DNA of 64,000 bases, from contig RFQR01000001.1 in NCBI GenBank assembly GCA_009924895.1, positions 15,575 through 79,574 on the forward strand. The letters run 5' to 3'. The notes beneath the pieces are model-generated. The model worked only from the letters and a program-made list of their open reading frames with translations, did no database searches and was not told where the DNA came from. The stretch comes from a bacterium. GTDB taxonomy: Bacteria > Patescibacteriota > Minisyncoccia > Phycocordibacterales > UBA2100. This document shows positions 48,431-58,760 of this stretch, one piece after another. The position numbers were made by a program, and so were the translations under genes. Numbering within the stretch: position 1 is the first letter of the stretch; every line of letters begins with the position of its first letter.

Positions 48431-49306
48431 TCATGTCATGATGCATCGCTTTTCAAGAGCGTCCGTTTCGTTCTGATGAGCGAGATACCATGCAACATCG
48501 TTGATACTGAGCGGGATGTGCACAAACGAAACCAAGGCGAATCGATCCTCTGCGCCGGGTACTATGCGAGCGTGTTCTTTCACGCCATGCGGTGTCCCGA
48601 AGCCAAAAACCCCGCGGGTTACCGCAGCAAACTTTTTTCCGGGGAAGATGGCAATGGTATCGTCCGCTGTTTCTTTTGCTTCGTGCACTTCGCGATTTGG
48701 ATCGAAGATGCGAAGCCCCTGCCGAGTCGATTTCCAGTGCACGGTACATGCTGAGCGATCAATGTGTACCGTTGCGTCATCCGCAGTTTCTGCTCGCGGC
48801 AGATAGCGTAATACTCGAGTGACACACTTACCTGTGTTTACGCGAGGACCGAGAGCACCGCTCGGAGATGCAAGAGGATGCTTGCGATCAAACTCATCAG
48901 CCCATAGCTGTACAACAGCTCGCGCTGCGGCGCATGTATCGTTAAGGGTGCGCAGAAACTTCTCAAAGAAGATAATCGGCGCATCGGTCTTGAAGAGGTT
49001 GCGCATGGTTTCGCCACGATCGAGATAATAGAAAAACCACTTTTGCTCTCGAACGTTTCGACGCCACAAACCGCTATCGTATTCCCATCCGGGGACATCA
49101 TCAGGCCCAAGACTACTTGATTGAAATAGTGCTGCGAGATCGTTATTTTCTGTCATCCCGGTCATGCCGCATGTGACGTGCTGCATGGCAGATGCGAGAA
49201 ACGTTGGTGTGATAGAACATTCCAAAAACCCGCGTTTTTGCATGTGCGCTATTGGGTCGTGAGGCAGTGACTCAGTGAGGTGATGGAGTGTCTGTGCGTG
49301 GTTCAT
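48431..49306 (-). CDS. 2OG-Fe(II) oxygenase (IPNS-like fold), SD-led
   Basis: HxD...H triad (HID...TPHGV) and distal R (RFALVSF); AAGGAG 6 nt before the ATG. Confidence 0.75.
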   Translation of the reverse strand: MNHAQTLHHLTESLPHDPIAHMQKRGFLECSITPTFLASAMQHVTCGMTGMTENNDLAALFQSSSLGPDDVPGWEYDSGLWRRNVREQKWFFYYLDRGETMRNLFKTDAPIIFFEKFLRTLNDTCAAARAVVQLWADEFDRKHPLASPSGALGPRVNTGKCVTRVLRYLPRAETADDATVHIDRSACTVHWKSTRQGLRIFDPNREVHEAKETADDTIAIFPGKKFAAVTRGVFGFGTPHGVKEHARIVPGAEDRFALVSFVHIPLSINDVAWYLAHQNETDALEKRCIMT

Positions 49307-49388
49307 TAGCAGCTCCTTCTGTTTTCAAGAACCTGCGAGCACTATACATTCTCAAAAATAGAGCTCTCAGAATGCAGTAGAAACAAAA

Positions 49389-49420
49389 TGTGGGAATGGT
49401 GTGGATAATGCTGTGGAAAA
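49389..49420 (-). promoter_or_regulatory. Cluster of three co-oriented DnaA-box-like 9-mers
   Basis: TGTGGGAAT, TGTGGATAA (consensus), TGTGGAAAA at 11-12-bp spacing. Confidence 0.5.
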
Positions 49421-49437
49421 CGCAGAGGGTGGAAAGC

Positions 49438-49644
49438 CTACGGCTTTCCACCCCTTTGTCTGCGCTTCAGTTCTGCTCGCACCCGAATACAGATTCCTAT
49501 CGTAAGGACTGCACATGCAGTCACGAGTCCTACAGTGTATGCGCTTTCTCGAGCATAGCCGACCCTAAGCGCCATGATTTCAGTACTTACCAGGGAAGCG
49601 ACGGTTGCATACAGCAGGAGCGCAGCATATACGAGGTGTCTCAT
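49438..49644 (-). CDS. 68-aa two-TM orphan protein
   Basis: MRHLVYAALLLY...; GGAG upstream; ATGA overlap with the stop of the preceding ORF. Confidence 0.55.
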   Translation of the reverse strand: MRHLVYAALLLYATVASLVSTEIMALRVGYARESAYTVGLVTACAVLTIGICIRVRAELKRRQRGGKP

Positions 49645-49829
49645 GGTCTTGTTTCTCCAAGCAGGCTCAAGGCCAAGAAGGTCAGTACAAATGCGATAAC
49701 CCCGATCACGAGGAGTAGCGCCATGTTCGTTGTTGCAAGGCAGGCGAGCCCCGCCCATATGAGTGCATTGAAAAACGAAAGAACCGCTACGAGAACTGCT
49801 CGTGGCAGTTTTAGAAGTAACGCATACAT
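49641..49829 (-). CDS. 62-aa two-TM orphan protein
   Basis: GGAGG 5 nt before the ATG; TTGACT-N17-TATTTT promoter. Confidence 0.55.
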   Translation of the reverse strand: MYALLLKLPRAVLVAVLSFFNALIWAGLACLATTNMALLLVIGVIAFVLTFLALSLLGETRP

Positions 49830-49929
49830 GATATCCTCCGCTTTTTTGAGTCCCGCTGAATTAAAAATACAACAGAGCAGTAGAAAGTCAATGTTCGCAG
49901 AAGGCGCAAAAAAGCATATACTGCCCGCG

Positions 49930-51261
49930 ATGTGGGAAAAACGAGCATATGCACTGGTGGTATTTTTTGTAGGCGCTGGCCTTGCGTATTTTGTATACAG
50001 CGCACAGACGCACGAGTGGCGCCCGTTTCGTCTGGGTCTTGATCTCTCGGGCGGTACGCAGCTCGTCTATCGAGCAAAAACAGAAAACCTCTCTTCGACC
50101 GACACGGCGGATGCAATGGCATCCCTGCGCGACACCATTGAACGTCGCGTAAATCTTTTTGGTGTCTCCGAGCCAATTGTGCAAACGCAAACAGGTGGCA
50201 CGTTTGCTGGCTCACTTGAGCAGCGTCTCCTTGTGGAATTGCCGGGCGTGACGGATACGCAAAAAGCAATCGAGCTCATCGGACAAACACCTGTACTTGA
50301 ATTTCGTCTTCTTAAAAAAGACAAGGAGAATAGTCTTGCGGAAATGACAGCAACCACAACTGACAAATACTTTGAACCCACTGTTCTGTCAGGCAAAAAT
50401 CTAAAGAGTGCACAGCTACAATTTCAGCAGCAGGTAGGCGGTGTACCGAATGAGCCGGTTGTCGTACTGAATTTTGATGCAACCGGTGGGAAGCTTTTTG
50501 CAAAGCTTACACGCGAAAATGTCGGTCGCAGTTTCGGTATTTTCCTCGATGGTCTGCCGATATCGGTGCCGGTCATTCGTGAGGCAATTACCGGTGGTAG
50601 TGCGGTGATTTCAGGAAACTTTACACCTGCAGGCGCAAAAGAACTTGCTCGCAACTTAAACTATGGTGCATTGCCCGTTGGGATTGAACTGCTCTCAACT
50701 GAAAGTGTTTCGGGTACTTTGGGAGGTGAAGCGGTAAACCGTGGTATTGCATCGGGTCTCTGGGGTGTCGGTGCAGTGATTGTCTTTATGATCCTCTTTT
50801 ATCGCTTGCCAGGACTTGTTGCATCTCTCGCTCTTTTGTTCTATGTGTTTGCGGTACTCGCACTCTTTCAAATCATTCCGGTTACCTTGACCGCAGCGGG
50901 TATCGCTGCGTTTATTCTTTCGATCGGTATGGCAGTAGATGCAAATATTCTTATTTTTGAGCGTACAAAAGAAGAGCTTGCAGCAGGGAAGAGTGTGGCT
51001 GAGGCGACGCATGATGGCTTTGCACGTGCATGGAACTCAATTCGTGACTCAAACACTTCATCGCTGATTACTGCCGTTATTCTGTTTTGGCTCGGCACTT
51101 CGCTCGTGAAAGGTTTTGCTCTCGTGTTTGGAATCGGTGTTCTCGTGTCAATGCTCACGGCAATTTCAATTTCTCGTACGCTTTTGTTCGCTATCGGGAT
51201 CGATCGTTCTAATCGCTTCACACGCTTCTTATTCGGCGGTTCGCTCAAACAACAGCAATAG
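49930..51261 (+). CDS. secD: Protein translocase subunit SecD
   Basis: LGLDLSGG, RVNLFGVSEP, GMAVDANILIFER; true start MWEK after -10 TATACT. Confidence 0.95.
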   Translation: MWEKRAYALVVFFVGAGLAYFVYSAQTHEWRPFRLGLDLSGGTQLVYRAKTENLSSTDTADAMASLRDTIERRVNLFGVSEPIVQTQTGGTFAGSLEQRLLVELPGVTDTQKAIELIGQTPVLEFRLLKKDKENSLAEMTATTTDKYFEPTVLSGKNLKSAQLQFQQQVGGVPNEPVVVLNFDATGGKLFAKLTRENVGRSFGIFLDGLPISVPVIREAITGGSAVISGNFTPAGAKELARNLNYGALPVGIELLSTESVSGTLGGEAVNRGIASGLWGVGAVIVFMILFYRLPGLVASLALLFYVFAVLALFQIIPVTLTAAGIAAFILSIGMAVDANILIFERTKEELAAGKSVAEATHDGFARAWNSIRDSNTSSLITAVILFWLGTSLVKGFALVFGIGVLVSMLTAISISRTLLFAIGIDRSNRFTRFLFGGSLKQQQ

Positions 51262-51262
51262 T

Positions 51263-52165
51263 ATGTTCATCGTCAACAATAAAAATCTATTCTTTGCGCT
51301 CAGTGGACTCATTGTCGCTGCTTCTCTTTTTGCCGTTTTTCATTTCGGGCTCAAGTTTGGTATCGACTTTACCGGAGGAACCTATATTAAGGTTCAATTC
51401 ATAGGTGCTCGTCCCACCGTGACACAAATGAATGAAAAGCTTGCCGCAGAGGGATTGGTAGAATTTTCTGCTCGCGAAGCAGGTACTCAAGGATACGATG
51501 TGCGTGTAGCGGAAAGTGGTGCGGATGTGCAGCAGAAAGTCACGCAGGCTATTGCTACCTGGAATGCGTATCAAGGCCAAGTAACCGAAGTGAGCCAGAT
51601 TGGCCCCACGATCGGCGCCGAGCTTCGCAACAAGTCATACGCTGCAATTGGTCTCGTATTGCTCTGTATTCTCTTGTTTATCGCATTTGTCTTTCGTAAA
51701 GTTTCAAACCCGGTCTCTTCATGGGTGTATGGCATGATTGCGCTCATCACCTTGGTGCACGATGTCGTCGTGCCGACGGGTTTCTATGCGCTTCTCGGTC
51801 ACTATAGCAACGCTCAAATCGATACGCTGTTTGTAACAGCAATACTCACCGTGCTCGGATTCTCAATCCATGACACCATTGTCGTTTTTGATCGCGTGCG
51901 TGAAAATCTGCGCCGTAATCACGAGGCTGGTCGCAAGGAAGATTTCGCCGAGACGGCAGGTAAGTCTCTCGGACAAACGCTCATTCGCTCGACCAATACT
52001 TCCCTCACCGTCGTCATTACACTTGCGGCACTCTACTGGTTTGGTCCAGTTTCAACAGAATATTTTGCACTCACCCTTCTCGTAGGTATCATTGCTGGCA
52101 CGTATTCATCGATATTCCTCGCAACACCACTTTTGGTGTGGTGGGCACAGCGCAAACAGCACTAA
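51263..52165 (+). CDS. secF: Protein translocase subunit SecF
   Basis: GIDFTGG, IGPTIG, HDTIVVFDRVRE, GTYSS motifs. Confidence 0.95.
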   Translation: MFIVNNKNLFFALSGLIVAASLFAVFHFGLKFGIDFTGGTYIKVQFIGARPTVTQMNEKLAAEGLVEFSAREAGTQGYDVRVAESGADVQQKVTQAIATWNAYQGQVTEVSQIGPTIGAELRNKSYAAIGLVLLCILLFIAFVFRKVSNPVSSWVYGMIALITLVHDVVVPTGFYALLGHYSNAQIDTLFVTAILTVLGFSIHDTIVVFDRVRENLRRNHEAGRKEDFAETAGKSLGQTLIRSTNTSLTVVITLAALYWFGPVSTEYFALTLLVGIIAGTYSSIFLATPLLVWWAQRKQH

Positions 52166-52310
52166 CCTCTCGGTAGCGCGCGGCATTAGGTTTCTCAAAA
52201 GTAAGGTAGTACGTCTGTTCGAGACTTACTCTAACTCCCTGTAAAAATCCCATATCGCCACCGGACTTTCTACTGTTTCTTCTGCCAGCGCTGCCTGCTA
52301 GAATCGTTGT

Positions 52311-52973
52311 ATGAATGTCCGTATCGAAGATAGTTGGAAAGAGCACCTCAAAGGTGAGTTTGAAAAGGAGTATTTTCAAGATCTTTCGAGATTTGTCCGA
52401 GAAGAGTATCAAAAAACCACTGTGTACCCAGCACCAAAAAACATGTTCCGTGCTTTTGATAGTTGCCCCTTTGATGAGGTTAAAGTAGTTATTCTCGGGC
52501 AGGATCCGTATCATGGGCCAGGACAAGCAAATGGACTCTGTTTCGCGGTGGGGCAGGGGGTGGCAACGCCGCCCTCGCTTCAAAACATTTTCAAAGAAAT
52601 CGAGTCAGACTTAGGTGCTGCTCCTAACCGCGATGCTGATTTGGAGCGCTGGGCCAAGCAAGGTGTTTTACTTCTGAATGCAACCCTGACTGTTCGAGCA
52701 TCTTCGCCAGGGTCTCATCAAGGAAAAGGGTGGGAACAGTTTACCGATGTGGTAGTCAAGACCCTCAACGACGAAAAAGAACACCTCGTGTTTCTCCTGT
52801 GGGGGAATTATGCAAAACAAAAAGGCGTACACATTGACCGTACCAAGCACCTCGTTCTCGAGTCTGCTCACCCGTCACCCTTCTCCGCCCACCCTGGTTT
52901 TTTTGGAAACAAACATTTTTCAAAAACAAATGAGTATTTGCAAGCAAACGGATTTTCCACAATTGATTGGTGA
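52311..52973 (+). CDS. ung: Uracil-DNA glycosylase family 1
   Basis: GQDPYH, PPSL, LLLN, HPSP motifs. Confidence 0.97.
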   Translation: MNVRIEDSWKEHLKGEFEKEYFQDLSRFVREEYQKTTVYPAPKNMFRAFDSCPFDEVKVVILGQDPYHGPGQANGLCFAVGQGVATPPSLQNIFKEIESDLGAAPNRDADLERWAKQGVLLLNATLTVRASSPGSHQGKGWEQFTDVVVKTLNDEKEHLVFLLWGNYAKQKGVHIDRTKHLVLESAHPSPFSAHPGFFGNKHFSKTNEYLQANGFSTIDW

Positions 52974-53014
52974 TTGGGTTTGACAGCCGTTGGGGAGAAG
53001 AATAGTATGGACCC

Positions 53015-53133
53015 ATGGTTCGTCCAGTGTTTATTACCTCGACTGCACTCCTTCTTCGAAGGGGTCTTTCGAGTTGCTAGCCATCAAACACGCTAGACAC
53101 CGAAAGACCCCTCACAAGAGGGGTCTTTCATTT
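53015..53133 (+). promoter_or_regulatory. Leader peptide plus terminator/antiterminator (attenuator-like)
   Basis: Leaderless 21-aa ORF 53015-53080; AGGGGTCTTTCG (53060-53071) is complementary to the terminator 5' arm (53101-53112). Confidence 0.6.
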
Positions 53134-53231
53134 ACCGGGTGTCAGGAATGGTCTTCTTGTGAAAGAACATCATTCCTGGAATCAGGTGGTTCCAGTGAAG
53201 CTCGCGCTTCAAGTTCTTTAGGAGAAACAAC

Positions 53232-53447
53232 ATGTCGAAGGGTGTTGAAGTCGGGAAAGAGCCGATTGGAATCGGTGATACAAAAGAGACCCTTGCGTCG
53301 ACGCGGTATGATACCCCGCGAAAGCCGAAACCTGACGCTTCTTGCGATCAGGCAGAAAATCTCCGCTCGCCGTGTGGCGAACTAGAAGGATATGATTCCG
53401 ACCCTGGTTTAGGCTACGAAAAACGGGCAGGACGACTTCGTAGCTGA
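53232..53447 (+). CDS. 71-aa orphan, SD-led
   Basis: GTTCTTTAGGAG-N7-ATG. Confidence 0.5.
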   Translation: MSKGVEVGKEPIGIGDTKETLASTRYDTPRKPKPDASCDQAENLRSPCGELEGYDSDPGLGYEKRAGRLRS

Positions 53448-53516
53448 TGACTAGCGGACCATGGTCACAAACCATGGTCCGCGTCTAACCCCTATCTCGC
53501 AGCAGAGGAATGAGCA

Positions 53517-53714
53517 ATGTCACACAAGAAAACCTCGATACAGCCCACCTTGAACTGTCAACAGATTGGACAGTTAGCTCTGGTTGTCTCTGAAGTGCTC
53601 CAAGCCAATCTTCAATTGGATTTTGGAGACGTTCTGTACTCAATTCGCGCAACGAAGAAACGCACGAAAAGACGCCCCTATGATGGCGAGCGCACAGTAC
53701 CGACATCTACGTGA
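53517..53714 (+). CDS. 65-aa orphan, SD-led
   Basis: GAGGA-N7-ATG; followed by hairpin CAAGCCCCAGAG-CTA-CTCTGGGGCTTG. Confidence 0.5.
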   Translation: MSHKKTSIQPTLNCQQIGQLALVVSEVLQANLQLDFGDVLYSIRATKKRTKRRPYDGERTVPTST

Positions 53715-53787
53715 TGTCTGTGTATAGACAAGCCCCAGAGCTACTCTGGGGCTTGCTCCTTTTATATCGAACTTGTATAACCTTCGT

Positions 53788-54654
53788 ATGCGCGCGCTCT
53801 CAACTCTCGTCACTTTCGAAACTCCAGATCGATGTCTTTTACAAGGTGTATGGCTTGGCCCCGCGCAAGCATCAAATGTCTATATTTTTATTCACGGTCT
53901 TTACAGCAACTTGTTTTCTCAAATGGCAGTTGCTGAACTTTTGGTTCAAAAGAAAGGTGTTGGTGTTTTGGTGTTTAACAACCGCGGCCATGGATACGTT
54001 TCAAAAGTGAGAAAACAAGTAGGAAAAAAAGTGAAAACACTGATGGTGGGAGCGGCACACGAAGTTTTTTCTGAATCAAAGCATGATATTGCTGGCGCGG
54101 TTGCGTTTGCAAAGTTACGCGATGCAAAGCGGGTTGTGCTTGTTGGTCATTCGACCGGTTCACAAAAGAGCGTATGGTATTTAGCACACAAACCTGACTC
54201 TCTCGTTTACGGCGCGGTCTTACTCGCTCCTCTCAGTGACTATGCGGGAATGCGAAAAGAAATTTCGCTGGTTCAGTACCAAAAAACGGTTGCGGTCGCT
54301 CGAGCACTGATACATACAAAAAAACCACATGCGCTTTTGCCTGAAACTCTCTCGCCGATTCCTTGTGATGCACAGCGATGGTTGAGTTTATATACTCTTG
54401 AAAGTCAGGAAGAGATATTTACATACGCAAGTGGAAAAATCCCACGCACACTCAATACGGTAAAAGTGCCACTGCTTGCAGTCTTTTCTCGAAAAGACCA
54501 GTATGCAGATCGTCCGGCAGAAGAATTGGCTTCATGGTTTGCAGCACAAGAAACTGTTTGCGGTGTTGAAATAGTAGATGCGAGCGATCATGGATTTTCT
54601 GATGCTGCCGGTAAGGTGACAAAAATGATTCAAACGTTTACGAGCACTCTTTAA
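53788..54654 (+). CDS. Alpha/beta hydrolase (DUF1749-like)
   Basis: FIHGL, GHSTG nucleophile elbow, D and H (SDHGF). Confidence 0.88.
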   Translation: MRALSTLVTFETPDRCLLQGVWLGPAQASNVYIFIHGLYSNLFSQMAVAELLVQKKGVGVLVFNNRGHGYVSKVRKQVGKKVKTLMVGAAHEVFSESKHDIAGAVAFAKLRDAKRVVLVGHSTGSQKSVWYLAHKPDSLVYGAVLLAPLSDYAGMRKEISLVQYQKTVAVARALIHTKKPHALLPETLSPIPCDAQRWLSLYTLESQEEIFTYASGKIPRTLNTVKVPLLAVFSRKDQYADRPAEELASWFAAQETVCGVEIVDASDHGFSDAAGKVTKMIQTFTSTL

Positions 54655-54701
54655 AAAAGAAAGAAGGGAGCCTCGGTTGCGAAGGCAACCGAGGCCGAAA
54701 C

Positions 54702-54911
54702 TCACACGTCAATGCTCTCTGATCTCGAACTCGGAACGTCTTTAATCTGCGCCTCACGAAACCGTTTTCGCTCGAGCAGGTCCAACCTCACCATGCCGCG
54801 GTCACGGGCGGGTGAGTCAAACAGAGCGAGAAAGTCAGGATGGTTGGCATACTCTGGACCAAACAACTCTTCCGCCAACGTATCGAGTGCGTCTTTTTGT
54901 GCAGCAGCCAT
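54702..54911 (-). CDS. ~69-aa orphan, SD-led
   Basis: AAGGAG 6 nt before the ATG; terminator-like hairpin downstream. Confidence 0.55.
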   Translation of the reverse strand: MAAAQKDALDTLAEELFGPEYANHPDFLALFDSPARDRGMVRLDLLERKRFREAQIKDVPSSRSESIDV

Positions 54912-54981
54912 CACGAGCTCCTTATGTGCTGATTTGGGAAACCAAGATCCCTCCCGAAGGAGGGGGCTGGTGTGAGTGGTT

Positions 54982-55053
54982 TTACTTCATCACAACAATC
55001 CTCTCCCGCGGGAGGAATCTAAAATAAAACCAAACATAATTACGGGATTGCAT
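54982..55053 (-). CDS. 23-aa aromatic-rich putative leader peptide
   Basis: TTTACT-N17-TACGAT-N6-ATG; MQSRNYVWFYFRFLPRERIVVMK. Confidence 0.45.
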   Translation of the reverse strand: MQSRNYVWFYFRFLPRERIVVMK

Positions 55054-55171
55054 GCAGGCATCGTAACAATAGTTTTGAAAGCAGTAAAGTCTAACCGTTG
55101 TTGACAGCGACGTTAGGACAAGGGTAGTATCGGTCGAGGAACGTGAATGTTCCCTAACCAGGAGAAAACAA

Positions 55172-55513
55172 ATGGCTGTTCATAATGTCCACGCGAACGC
55201 TCTAACGGAAGCGCTTGCTAAGCTTGGACCCGACACGCTGTGCTGCGTCTTGTTTGTCCAGAACGGCGGGTACTTGACACTCAAGCTCATCCTCAGTGGG
55301 AATGAAATTGAGTGTGTTTTTTTTCTGATACCGAATGAGGTGATGGGCATTGTGGCGGGTTGGACCGAAAAGTACAATCGGCGCAACGTGCCCATGTTCC
55401 AGGAATTCAGTAACCCCGAAGGCTCGGAGCATTCTCGGCGCTGGTCGCTCGTGAGTGCGAGGACTTTGCAGGAAATTTGTCCGGAGAAAGCCATTCACTT
55501 TACCCCTATCTGA
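55172..55513 (+). CDS. 113-aa orphan, SD-led
   Basis: TTGACA-N18-TAGTAT promoter; TGTTCCCTAAC; AGGAG-N7-ATG. Confidence 0.6.
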   Translation: MAVHNVHANALTEALAKLGPDTLCCVLFVQNGGYLTLKLILSGNEIECVFFLIPNEVMGIVAGWTEKYNRRNVPMFQEFSNPEGSEHSRRWSLVSARTLQEICPEKAIHFTPI

Positions 55514-55788
55514 AGAGGGAACGAGAGGGCCTCGGCGCACAGCGCCGGGGCCCTCATTCTGTGCCACATATTCGTTTGACAAATATTAGGAAACCGTCTA
55601 TCATGCCCCCACTCGCCGGTGGCGGTTTTTTTCTGGAAAGTAAGAAGCGAAAGCGACTATACTTTCCTGAACCCCGTTCTACTTTTGCTGGGCACAGCGA
55701 AGACGAGCTAAAACTTGTTTGTCGCGTTCGTTTGGATTGAAAACGTACTGTGGCATGCAAAAGTAGAACTGGGGTACTGCACGACGAG

Positions 55789-55807
55789 GTTCTTTGAAAA
55801 CTGAATA
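55789..55807 (+). promoter_or_regulatory. boxA of the 16S leader
   Basis: GTTCTTTGAAAACTGAATA downstream of promoter TTGACA-N17-TATCAT (~55576-55604). Confidence 0.7.
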
Positions 55808-56009
55808 CACACAATAAACACACACAACGTCCGCACGCATTTATGTGTGGCGGACATGCAAGTAACACAAGAAAAGTAAGTAATAGCAATTCTGGAACAA
55901 ATAGAGAGAACGTTTCCTAGGAGGAAATGTTCAACATTCTTTTGTTCCGTTCACACGAGCCCGAACTCGCAAGAGTTTAGGGCAAAACAGAATAGAACTC
56001 GTTTCTATT

Positions 56010-57468
<1,459 letters not shown>

Positions 57469-57791
57469 TCGGATAGGCCGCCCTAAACCCTTCGGGGTCG
57501 GGTCAGGTCCACCGGTCGATTTGAGTGTCTCGATCGAGCACTCAAGAGAGAGACGTCCTTCTTTAACAGACGTCGGACAGATTGGCTAAAACATTTTGCC
57601 CTGCAAAATGTTCGCCCGGTCCGCTTTGCGGACTTAGGGAAAGACAATCAAAAGCCCTCTCTCAATCCTTATTGAGAAGAGGCACGTGGACGGAACAAAA
57701 GAGTGTAAAAAGTTTCCTGTGTTGTGATTTATTGAAAAGAAAACAGCGCGGAGCAGAAATGCTTCGCGCTGTTTGTAGTGAAATGCGCCAC

Positions 57792-58340
57792 TCAAACAAT
57801 CTCATCAATCAGTTTGAAAGCAAGAGCTTCTTCAGCGGTCATGAAACGTTCTTCTTTGCACGCAGCTTTTATTCTGGTAATTTTTTGTCCAGTCTTTTTC
57901 GCCAAGATAGCATAGAGACGCTGTTGGTCGCGTTCCATATCGGCAATAAGCGCATCACGAGCTTTCTTTTCTCTTAGTACATCGAGTTTTACACTCGAAC
58001 TTGAAACATGGTGGATGAGCACAGCCCCATGCCTTGCACATTTGCGTTTCGTGCAGGCTTGTAAAATTACAGCAGCCATGGATGCTGCACGCGCAAGAAC
58101 GATGCCCTCGACCTCGTTGTCATAAAGACGAATTAGGTCATAGATATCAAGCCCTGCCGAAACTGAACCTCCGCCAGAGTCAATTCTCAATTGTAGTGGA
58201 GGGCTTCCTCGAGAGATAAGTGTGCTCATGAAGTCGCGAACAGCGATGTACATATCTTGGTCTACTACGCCAAAGATATTGATAACTGGACGCGGCAGTT
58301 TCAAGAGATCTTGATGGACAACTTCCAATGGTGATGACAC
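57792..58340 (-). CDS. ClpP-family peptidase (divergent, SD-led)
   Basis: IDSGGGSV, AASMAA (catalytic Ser), LIHH, AEEALAFKLIDEI; GAGGAG 8 nt before GTG. Confidence 0.85.
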   Translation of the reverse strand: MSSPLEVVHQDLLKLPRPVINIFGVVDQDMYIAVRDFMSTLISRGSPPLQLRIDSGGGSVSAGLDIYDLIRLYDNEVEGIVLARAASMAAVILQACTKRKCARHGAVLIHHVSSSSVKLDVLREKKARDALIADMERDQQRLYAILAKKTGQKITRIKAACKEERFMTAEEALAFKLIDEIV

Positions 58341-58472
58341 CTGCTTCTCTCCTCTGTTCCAGAGTGTTAAATTCTTGGAACATTATAACACATATTTTGT
58401 TTTTTCAAAATTGCAATGGTAGAGCCTTTTACATATAAAGAATCAAGGTTCATCAAAACTGGAGTATGTGCC

Positions 58473-58754
58473 ATGAACAAATCCTATTACTACCGGATCC
58501 GTTATCGCCTAGTTCGCCCTGACGGTGAAATGGATGGTGGAGTGTACGTAAAGCAGTTCATTCAAGCAACTGAATGCAAAGACACGTTTGCTACCTCCTT
58601 TCATGAATGGCTGCGGCAGTGGCGCGGTAAGCATTACGATATCGTCGTTCTCGGCGTAGTGAGTGTGCTCAAATTGAAGCAATGGGAAGTGCCTGATTTT
58701 GCCTCGGCAAAGCAGGTAACTATTCCACATCAGTATCGCCGCGGTCAGAAATGA
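58473..58754 (+). CDS. 93-aa orphan, SD-led
   Basis: TTGCAA-N17-TATAAA promoter; GTTCATCAAAA; GGAG-N8-ATG. Confidence 0.55.
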   Translation: MNKSYYYRIRYRLVRPDGEMDGGVYVKQFIQATECKDTFATSFHEWLRQWRGKHYDIVVLGVVSVLKLKQWEVPDFASAKQVTIPHQYRRGQK

Positions 58755-58760
58755 CCGCGG

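Noticed and set aside
49390-49929. 180-aa N-terminal extension of SecD
   Set aside because: It overlaps two better-supported minus-strand ORFs, and TATACT-N7-ATG marks the start at 49930. The ORF-track extensions of comF, tgt, rlmB, rplJ, secF and the sugar transferase were trimmed on similar grounds.
57495-57525. SRP RNA (GGTCAGGTCC resembles the domain IV 5' strand)
   Set aside because: The GNRA loop and the AAGCAGC 3' strand are missing.
57556-57569. Displaced anti-SD (TCCTTCT) about 90 nt after h45
   Set aside because: It is not CCUCC, sits within a GACGTC-flanked hairpin and reads as a boxA-like CTTCTTTAACA. It cannot be fully excluded without end mapping.
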